Assembly: GCA_965648905.1 (NCBI GenBank)
Contig: CBFGIT010000025.1
Location: forward strand, 1-34,929
Source of the DNA: a candidate division WOR-3 bacterium
GTDB taxonomy: Bacteria > Hydrothermota > Tepidihabitantia > Tepidihabitantales > Tepidihabitantaceae
DNA: 34,929 nucleotides
Direction of reading: 5' to 3'
Shown here: in pieces, positions 27,981 to 34,929 of the stretch
Position numbering within the stretch: the first letter of the stretch is position 1
Layout: the number at the start of each line of letters is the position of its first letter
The notes under the pieces: model-generated
The model's input: only the letters and a program-made list of their open reading frames with translations
Database searches by the model: none
Told to the model about the DNA's origin: nothing
Translations under genes and position numbers: made by a program

Positions 27981-28017
27981 CAATTTCCTCCTTGGGAGTC
28001 TCGACGGTTCGTGGGGA

Positions 28018-28045
28018 ATGATAGCCATAAGAGCACCGCTGTCAA
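28018..28045 (-). promoter_or_regulatory. sigma70-like promoter of the TPR gene
   Basis: TTGACA-N16-TATCAT, extended -10 region TGGC. Confidence 0.7.
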
Positions 28046-28140
28046 CATCATGGGCCAGAGGCCCAAGCCGCTGATTCATACTGCATATACCACGCCGGTT
28101 GCCGGCTTAGTCGTGCCGAGCGTACGTGTTGTCGCCGGGT

Positions 28141-28168
28141 TTGACTTGGGTCGGGCCTGTGCTATAGT
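28141..28168 (+). promoter_or_regulatory. sigma70-like promoter of gyrA (probably leaderless)
   Basis: TTGACT-N16-TATAGT with TG extension; GTG start 8 nt downstream, no SD. Confidence 0.7.
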
Positions 28169-28176
28169 CTTGCTCC

Positions 28177-30627
28177 GTGCCACATGACGAATCGATAGTC
28201 CCGGTTTACATCGAAGACGAAGTCCGGCGCAGCTTCCTCGACTACGCGATGTCGGTCATCGTCGCCCGCGCTCTGCCGGACGTGCGCGACGGTCTGAAGC
28301 CGGTTCAGCGCCGTATCCTCTTCACAATGAATGAGTTGGGCCTTGGGCCCACAAGGCCGTTCCGCAAGTCAGCCTCAGTGGTCGGCGATGTGCTGGGCAA
28401 GTATCACCCGCACGGAGACTCTGCGGTCTACGACGCGATGGTCCGGATGGCCCAGAACTTCTCCCTGCGCTACCCGCTGGTTCACGGCCAGGGAAACTTT
28501 GGCTCGATTGACGGCGATGCGGCCGCAGCGTACCGGTACACTGAGGCAAAGCTCCAACCGCTGGCCATGGAGCTGCTCCGCGACCTGGACAAGGACACGG
28601 TTGATTTTCAGCCCAACTTCGACGAGCGGCTCAAGGAGCCGAAGGTTTTGCCCGCGGCGTTCCCCAACCTGCTGGCCAACGGCGCAGCAGGCATTGCGGT
28701 CGGCATGGCGACGAATATCCCGCCCCACAATCTCGGCGAGTTGATTGATGCGCTGGTCCTTTTGATTGATGAGCCGGGCGCCGATACCAAGGCGCTGATG
28801 AGACACATCAAAGGCCCGGACTTTCCGACCGGCGCGACGATTGTCGGGGTCGAAGGAATCAAACAGGCCTACGAAACCGGCCGGGGTTCGATTGTCCTGC
28901 GCGGCACGGTCGTGTTCGAGGAAGTGAAGGCAGGCAAAGACCGGTTGGTCATCAACGAGATTCCCTATCAGGTGAACAAGACCAGTCTGATTGAACGGAT
29001 TGCCCATCTGGTGCGGGACAAGAAAGTCCAGGGAATCGCCGACCTGCGCGACGAGTCGGACCGCGACGGCATGAGAATTGTCCTTGACCTGAAGCGCGAC
29101 GCGGTCAAAGAAGTCATCCTGAATCAGCTCTACAAGTACACCGAGCTTCAGTCCTCATTCGGCATCATTCTGCTCGTGCTGGTGGACGGCCAGCCCAAGG
29201 TGCTGCCGCTGAAAGCGCTGCTTGAGGAGTTTCTCAAGTTCCGGTTCGAGACCGTGACCCGCCGGACCCGGTTCGAGCTGGCCCGGGCCGAAGAGCGGGC
29301 CCATATCCTCGAAGGTCTCAAGATTGCGCTCAAGAACATCGATGCGGTTATCGAGCTGATTAAGAAGTCAAAGGATACGGAGGCGGCCAAGGCCGGTCTT
29401 GTGAGCCGGTTCAAGCTGTCGGATCGGCAGGCTGATGCTATCCTTGAGATGCGCCTTGCCCGGCTTACCGGGCTGGAGCGTGAGAAGATCGACGAGGAGT
29501 ACCGGGAACTTATTAAGGAAATCGCCCGGCTCAAAGGGCTGCTCGACTCGCGCAAACTGATGATGGGCGAGATTCGTGCCGAGCTGCTCGAACTGAAGAA
29601 GAAGTTCAGCGACGAACGCCGGACCAAGATCGTCCGCGGTGAGGCTGAGGAGTTCTCGATTGAGGACCTCATCAAAGAAGAAGACATGGCCGTGACCGTG
29701 ACCCATCGCGGTTACATCAAGCGCATGCCGGTATCGGTGTACCGACGCCAGGGCCGAGGCGGCCAGGGACGGACCGGCGTCTCGGTCCAGGAAGAGGACT
29801 TTGTCGAAGGGCTGTTCATCGCTTCGACCCATGACTACATGATGTTCTTCACCGACAAAGGTCGCTGCTACTGGCAGAAGGTCTACGAGATTCCGGAAGG
29901 GTCATACGCGGCCAAGGGCCGTTCGATTGCCAACCTGGTCGAAATGGAGAAGGACGAAGTCACCACGTCTTACCTTGCGGTGCGCGACTTCTCGGCCAAG
30001 CAGTTTGTTTTCTTTGTCACCAAGTCGGGTAAGGTCAAGCGCACTGAGCTTGAGGCCTTTTCCAATCCCAGGCGCAAAGGTATCATCGCGATGTCAATCG
30101 AGAAGGGCGACGCCCTCGTCGCCACCCTGCTCACTTCAGGCAAGGACGACATCCTGATTGTCACGCGCAACGGCCAGTCAATCCGCTTCCATGAGAAAGA
30201 CGCCCGCGACATGGGCCGGGCAGCGGCCGGTGTGCGCGGCATCAGGCTGGCCAAAGGCGACTCGGTCATCGGCGCGGTCGTGGTTCGTGAGGGCCAGTGC
30301 CTGCTGACAGTGTTTGAGAACGGGTTCGGCAAACGGACCGCGTTTGAGGAGTTCCGGGTCCAGAGCCGCGGCGGGAGCGGTATCATCGCGGCCAAGCCGG
30401 TCGAGAAGTCGGGCAAGCTCGCTGCAGCCCGCTCGGTCGGCGAGTCGTCCGAGGTCATCGTCTCCAGCCGCAACGGTGTGGTCATCCGGGTCAAGTGCTC
30501 GGAAATCCGCCAGTGCGGCCGGGCAACGACCGGGGTCAAGGTCATGAGTGTGGACAAGGGCGACGCGGTCGTGGACGTCGCGCTTATCGAAGAAGAGACC
30601 GAGACTCAGGCTCCGGCCAAAGCCTAG
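28177..30627 (+). CDS. gyrA: DNA gyrase subunit A
   Basis: [29 protein letters not shown] catalytic Tyr, GyrA-box QGRGGQG, pinwheel repeats. Confidence 0.98.
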   Translation: MPHDESIVPVYIEDEVRRSFLDYAMSVIVARALPDVRDGLKPVQRRILFTMNELGLGPTRPFRKSASVVGDVLGKYHPHGDSAVYDAMVRMAQNFSLRYPLVHGQGNFGSIDGDAAAAYRYTEAKLQPLAMELLRDLDKDTVDFQPNFDERLKEPKVLPAAFPNLLANGAAGIAVGMATNIPPHNLGELIDALVLLIDEPGADTKALMRHIKGPDFPTGATIVGVEGIKQAYETGRGSIVLRGTVVFEEVKAGKDRLVINEIPYQVNKTSLIERIAHLVRDKKVQGIADLRDESDRDGMRIVLDLKRDAVKEVILNQLYKYTELQSSFGIILLVLVDGQPKVLPLKALLEEFLKFRFETVTRRTRFELARAEERAHILEGLKIALKNIDAVIELIKKSKDTEAAKAGLVSRFKLSDRQADAILEMRLARLTGLEREKIDEEYRELIKEIARLKGLLDSRKLMMGEIRAELLELKKKFSDERRTKIVRGEAEEFSIEDLIKEEDMAVTVTHRGYIKRMPVSVYRRQGRGGQGRTGVSVQEEDFVEGLFIASTHDYMMFFTDKGRCYWQKVYEIPEGSYAAKGRSIANLVEMEKDEVTTSYLAVRDFSAKQFVFFVTKSGKVKRTELEAFSNPRRKGIIAMSIEKGDALVATLLTSGKDDILIVTRNGQSIRFHEKDARDMGRAAAGVRGIRLAKGDSVIGAVVVREGQCLLTVFENGFGKRTAFEEFRVQSRGGSGIIAAKPVEKSGKLAAARSVGESSEVIVSSRNGVVIRVKCSEIRQCGRATTGVKVMSVDKGDAVVDVALIEEETETQAPAKA

Positions 30628-30688
30628 CCCGGCGGCCGCGCTTCTCATCATTACCTTCTCGGAATCCGGGTCGGCACTGTACGAGCAG

Positions 30689-30716
30689 TTGACGTCATGC
30701 CGAAGCAGGCTATACT
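30689..30716 (+). promoter_or_regulatory. sigma70-like promoter of the C25 gene
   Basis: TTGACG-N16-TATACT. Confidence 0.7.
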
Positions 30717-30750
30717 GAGCAGAGTCTCAGAATCCGTCAAGGAGACCGAT

Positions 30751-32352
30751 ATGCGTGCTTCATTCGTCGCGTTCTCTCTTGCGACCGTGCTCTGTCTGAC
30801 CGCTGCGGCCGAGCCGGGTGCTCGCTATCTGATTGTGGCTCCGGACAGTTTCGTGTCCGCGGTCATGCCGCTAGCCCAGTGGAAGACCGCCAAGGGTGTG
30901 CTGGCCAAGGTTGTCCCGCTCTCGGTGGCCGGCACGACGCCTGAGGCGATCCGGACCTACATCCGCGACGCGTGGAACAACTGGCCGGTAAGGCCGGAGT
31001 ACGTGCTCATCTGCGGCGGCCCGGCGCAGATTGGGTTCCCAGGCTCGTACTACGACGTGCGGTACGGTGATATGACCGGTGACTACAAGATGGAACTGGC
31101 TGTGGGTCGGTTCTGGCTGCGCACGGTGCGCGAGTGCAGCACAATCGTGGCCAAGACTCTGGCCTATGAGCGGCCGTCGCTCGACGACACTGCCTGGTTC
31201 CTGAGCGGCCTGACCGTGGTGCGCGAAGACGTGCACCCGGACGACTCGATATACTGGAACGATTCGCGTATCTGCCTTCAGTACTGGCGGCAGCATGGTT
31301 ACATCAACATCGACAGCTTCAGCAGGACCCTGGGTGATTCAAGCCATGATGTGGACCGGGTGGCGAACCGGGGCACGGCGTTCATCACCTACCGGGGCCA
31401 GTGTGGCGGCAACTGGTGGGCGCCCTTTGACCGGATGGACCCGTACACATGGACCAACCGCGGCAGACTGCCCATTGTCGTAGCCGGCACATGCGCGTCG
31501 GTGCTGACCGAGCCGGACTGGTCGTGGTTCAGCGACAAGCTGATACGGGCCATTTCGCCGTCGGCGCTCGGCGGCGGCATCGCTTACTTCGGTACAACAT
31601 CCATCTCGAACGCTATCAGGCAGCGCAGCCGGTGTATGCGGGCGTTCTTCCGCGCGCTGTACGAAGAAGGCGAACATGACCTGGGCAAGGTCACGCTCCG
31701 GGCCCGGCGGTGCGTTGACTCCCTTTTCCCCGGGCAACAGGAGCGGTACGAAGAGTGGACCCTGCTGGGCGACCCGGAACTCGGGGTCTGGACCGCGGTG
31801 CCGCGGCGACTTGCCGTAGCGCACGACTCCGTCATTAGCACCGGACCGCAGGACTTCAACGTTACCGTGCTTTCGGGCGGCGTGCCGGTCGAAGGTGCGG
31901 TGGTCTGTCTGTCGATGGACAGCACGGTTCAGGTCTACTCAAGGACGAACAGCGCCGGACAGGTAGTGCTGCACATCGAGCCGGTGCATTCAGGGTTGAT
32001 GAGCGTGGTTGCGTCGGGCCGCAACCTGCTGCCGTACCAGGGAACGTGCATCGTTGCTCCGACCGCGGTCACGGAGACCGAAGTGCACCATCCGGTCCGA
32101 GTCGGTTTCGACATGCCCGCTACCGTCACTAGGAGCACATCTCTCCGGCTCACGCTTTCGTCTGCGGGTCGGGTGGAAGTCGCGGTGTACGACGTGCAGG
32201 GCCGGAGGGTGGCGGCTGGTGGTGGTTTTTGCTGCTCGGGCTCGAACGAACTACCGGTGCAGATTGACCGGCCATCTCCGGGTATCTACTTCATGCGGCT
32301 CGCCATCGACGGCCGCGAGTATGCCCGGCGTAGGTTTCAGTTGGTGCGCTGA
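30751..32352 (+). CDS. Peptidase C25 (gingipain)-like secreted protein with Ig-like and C-terminal sorting domain
   Basis: Signal peptide after AAGGAG; YLIVAP…LAQWK..KG, PEYVLICG, VGRF, GGIAYFG, LLGDP; C-terminus VYDVQGRRV…PGIYFMRL. Confidence 0.85.
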   Translation: MRASFVAFSLATVLCLTAAAEPGARYLIVAPDSFVSAVMPLAQWKTAKGVLAKVVPLSVAGTTPEAIRTYIRDAWNNWPVRPEYVLICGGPAQIGFPGSYYDVRYGDMTGDYKMELAVGRFWLRTVRECSTIVAKTLAYERPSLDDTAWFLSGLTVVREDVHPDDSIYWNDSRICLQYWRQHGYINIDSFSRTLGDSSHDVDRVANRGTAFITYRGQCGGNWWAPFDRMDPYTWTNRGRLPIVVAGTCASVLTEPDWSWFSDKLIRAISPSALGGGIAYFGTTSISNAIRQRSRCMRAFFRALYEEGEHDLGKVTLRARRCVDSLFPGQQERYEEWTLLGDPELGVWTAVPRRLAVAHDSVISTGPQDFNVTVLSGGVPVEGAVVCLSMDSTVQVYSRTNSAGQVVLHIEPVHSGLMSVVASGRNLLPYQGTCIVAPTAVTETEVHHPVRVGFDMPATVTRSTSLRLTLSSAGRVEVAVYDVQGRRVAAGGGFCCSGSNELPVQIDRPSPGIYFMRLAIDGREYARRRFQLVR

Positions 32353-32497
32353 CTCGAAGGCTCGGAGTATGCGGCGCGGCCGCATCATGGCGGTTGAGGA
32401 AGGCGACGGGTTCGCTGACGACGCGCTTATCGCAGAAAAGACCAACACTCGGGCCCAAAGTCCAGCCCGGCTGCCGGAATCAGCCCGCATACGGCCT

Positions 32498-32800
32498 GCG
32501 GCCCGCAGGTCGCGGCTTGCCTTCCGCTTGCGGATTCGCGTCTTGCTCGCGCCTCGACGTCGGCGCTGCTCTGAGGCTAGCTTCCAGTTCTGGTTTCAGG
32601 CCCGGGTTCCAGCGCGGACCTGGGTCTGCCCGCCAGCCTGCAATCCCCTCTGCTTGGGCGCACGCTGACAACCCTGCTGTCCCATGTGGCTGGCGTCCCG
32701 GAGTTCTGCCTGCCGGTCAGCCTGCCAAGGCGGACGACGGGCGACCTGCCTTCTCGTTTGCTGGTCGGTTTGGTGGGGGAAGTGACTCCCGGAGTCGTTC
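32498..32800. repeat. Degenerate 12-bp periodic array B
   Basis: From 32592: ggtttcaggccc gggttccagcgc ggacctgggtct gcccgccagcct gcaatcccctct gcttgggcgcac gctgacaaccct …; 17 consecutive units start with G and most end in Y. Confidence 0.65.
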
Positions 32801-32989
32801 CCGACACCAGAACCAAGACCAGACTCAGAATGCGATTCACGGGCCTAAGCCCGGGTACTACCCGAATTAGGTCAAGTACTGCATGGCTTGGAGCTTGGTC
32901 AGGGTCCGGTCCATCTCCGGAGTCCTCAAGCTGCAGGCCGTCAGCCGTAAGCTGCCAGCCGCCAGCTTCCGACCACGGAGTGTCAGTTT

Positions 32990-33361
32990 CGTCCCACCCA
33001 GCAGCTCACCCGGCAGCCGGAAGGGCAGCCCGAAGGGCTGGTCCCGGGCCCTTCCCCAGGCCATATCTGCCGCCACTTGCGGCTGCATTTCAAACTCGAT
33101 TACCGATTCGCTATCCAGTTCTCCCACCAACTTCCTGACGCGTTCGATAGCGCATTCACTGGCCAGTTCTCTCTTGAGTTTCACGGCCAGTTCTCCAGCC
33201 AATTGCACAGCTAAGTCCATCGCCAATTCCATTCCCATTCGCGTCACCAACTGCGTTCTGGATTCCACTACCAATTCCATCACCAACGGCCTTTCGCGTT
33301 GCATCACCAGCAGCATTTCCGGTTTCCTGTTCGATTCCAGAAGCACGACCAGGCCAGGAGG
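32990..33361. repeat. Degenerate 12-bp periodic array C (31 units, core consensus about CATCACCAATTC)
   Basis: catcgccaattc cattcccattcg cgtcaccaactg cgttctggattc cactaccaattc catcaccaacgg … in unbroken phase. Confidence 0.8.
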
Positions 33362-33609
33362 GTGTCGGAATACCCCCGCCGAGCGGCAGGGGACCACCCT
33401 AGTGGACAGCACCGCGCCCTTCGACCGCAGCCCATCGTAACGTGTCAGTCTTGTCAATGGTTTCTCCGACAGGCTCCTGGTGAGAAGGCCTGGGTCAGTT
33501 TGGGCAATCCATCCTCCGGTCTGATGTTGAGGAGCACGTTGTCCTCCAGTGGTTGCTGGAGTAAGTCCGCCCAGAAAGTTGCGGTTCTGGAGTTGGAGCG
33601 ACATATCAT

Positions 33610-33638
33610 TTGACAACCGGCCCGACTTGCGCTATAAC
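33610..33638 (+). promoter_or_regulatory. Possible sigma70-like promoter
   Basis: TTGACA-N17-TATAAC. Confidence 0.45.
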
Positions 33639-33761
33639 CATCTCACGTTGGCAATAATCAGCGCAGGAATACCGGGGCTGGCATGAAGCACTGGCTCGAC
33701 CGACTCGACCCGAGGGCCGCCAGCCGTGAGCCGTTGGCCGTCAGCCCTCTTTCCCGCGCAC

Positions 33762-33789
33762 TTGACACCGCCCCGGCCCTGCCTATCAT
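33762..33789 (+). promoter_or_regulatory. sigma70-like promoter upstream of the lipoprotein gene
   Basis: TTGACA-N16-TATCAT. Confidence 0.65.
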
Positions 33790-33891
33790 GGACACATCAT
33801 GGTGACTGAAGTCGATGCCGAAACACCAGTTCTGGCCGAGCGGGCGGGGAGATGACGTGTCACCGAAACTCCCGAGGAAAGAGAGGAAGCT

Positions 33892-34527
33892 ATGCGTAAC
33901 CTGGTCGCTATCGCCGTGCTGGCACTGATTGTGCTCATGGCCGGCAGTTGCGGCAAGTCAACCCGGGCCGGCAGCCCGACCGACTACTATCCATTGACCG
34001 TCGGCAGCGTCTGGAAGTACCGGCTCTGCAAGCACGACAGCACCGGCAAACCAGACGTCGAACAACCGATGCAGCGGTCCACCGTCCGAATTGCCGCCAA
34101 GGACAAGCTGGCCAGCGGGGAAGAAGCGGTCATGGTCGTCACCCAGAATGAACTGCCATATGTCTTCGTCGAGACGACCTTTGTGCGCCAGTCCGGTGGG
34201 TACATACTTGAGTTCCGGAAACGTGACAGCGAGCACTGCGACACACTGCTCGCCGTGCCGCCCGCGCAAGGCAAATGCTGGCATCGCGTGTTCTCGGTCG
34301 CGATCCCAATCGCGGTTCGATTCGCCGACCAGCAGGCAGTAACCGTCAAGGCCGGTACTTTTCCTCAGGCCTGGCATACCGTCGAAGAGTCGGAATCCCT
34401 CCGCGTCAAAGCCAGTTCCTGGTATGCGCCCGGTGTCGGGTTGGTCAAGTACTATTCCGAGACCGCGACGAAAGACGGCAGCACCTTCGCGGCGACGTAC
34501 GAATTGACCGGCGCCAGCGTCAAGTAA
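33892..34527 (+). CDS. Hypothetical lipoprotein (beta-rich, DUF3108/TapB-like)
   Basis: Lipobox MAGSC; DYYPLTVGSVWKY, VTVKAGTF, WYAPGVGLVK motifs; GAGAGG RBS. Confidence 0.75.
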   Translation: MRNLVAIAVLALIVLMAGSCGKSTRAGSPTDYYPLTVGSVWKYRLCKHDSTGKPDVEQPMQRSTVRIAAKDKLASGEEAVMVVTQNELPYVFVETTFVRQSGGYILEFRKRDSEHCDTLLAVPPAQGKCWHRVFSVAIPIAVRFADQQAVTVKAGTFPQAWHTVEESESLRVKASSWYAPGVGLVKYYSETATKDGSTFAATYELTGASVK

Positions 34528-34929
34528 GGTACACGGAGTGCCAGACCGTCTTGACAGGGCGGCAATTGGTGGGCAATCGGTGACGCTAGACCATTCTCGC
34601 CCCGCGCACAGACACCGCCCCGGCCGAGCGTGCGGCCATCGGGGCAAGAGAGGTCGGCGCTAGTCGGTTGCTCACAGACGAGAGGAGAGCGCGGCCATAG
34701 CGGCCTACACGAAGGCCTCTATGGTTGGCGACTACGTGAACGAGGGTGCGTCGTGGAACCTCGCGCTGACCTTCAAGGAGGTCGAGAATTCTGGGGACGG
34801 GTTTGTTAGTCAAGCCGTGCGTTAGCTGCTCTCCCCTGAGACAAGGCTGACGACGGCGTCGGCCCATTTCTTGCTGCCCTGCCGCTTTCGATCGGTGTGA
34901 TGGCATGCTGCGACCGTGGGTCGCCCCCA

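Noticed and set aside
28177..30627. gyrA as parC, or as a quinolone-resistant allele; absence of adjacent gyrB
   Set aside because: GyrA-box present; QRDR has wild-type-like Ser and Asp (GDSAVYD); unlinked gyrA and gyrB is common
32400..33450. Diversity-generating retroelement TR/VR pair
   Set aside because: No reverse transcriptase in the window and no pair of ~100-bp repeats differing only at adenines was seen
32394..33616. ORFs 32394-32870, 32883-33440 and 32867-33616 as confident CDSs
   Set aside because: Overlapping open frames on both strands, no clear RBS or family motifs; openness is explained by the repeat structure
33795..33870. ZTP or c-di-GMP-II riboswitch
   Set aside because: Only fragments (GTGACTG, GGGGAG) match; the required 3' pseudoknot elements are absent
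34551..34580. Promoter at TTGACA 34551
   Set aside because: No TANNNT at 16-18 bp spacing
34586..34906. 106-aa minus-strand ORF
   Set aside because: No RBS, no motif and atypical composition

Overview
GC-rich bacterial chromosomal segment made mostly of housekeeping genes. Minus strand: radA, dnaB, coaBC, rpoZ, gmk, yicC, dtd, hprK, hpf, recR, ybaB, dnaX and a large Alu-domain SRP RNA. Plus strand: tilS, ftsH, dapA, dapB and gyrA. Secreted proteins with C-terminal sorting domains (Kelch/adhesin, gingipain C25-like) flank this core; that content suggests an FCB-related lineage such as candidate phylum WOR-3 (inference). Unexplained signals: (1) three degenerate but phase-preserved 12-bp periodic arrays in non-genic DNA (97-372, ~32500-32800, 32990-33361); (2) about ten 7-bp tandem micro-arrays, some inside genes; (3) nine sigma70-like promoters with a 16-bp spacer, several apparently leaderless; (4) a PTS EIIA gene in frame with hprK across one TAG, needing a CTG start or readthrough; (5) four apparent pseudo-enzymes (PIN-TRAM, DJ-1, class III aminotransferase, C25). 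No CRISPR array, tRNA, rRNA or transposase was seen. All calls are from reading motifs by eye, with no database search.
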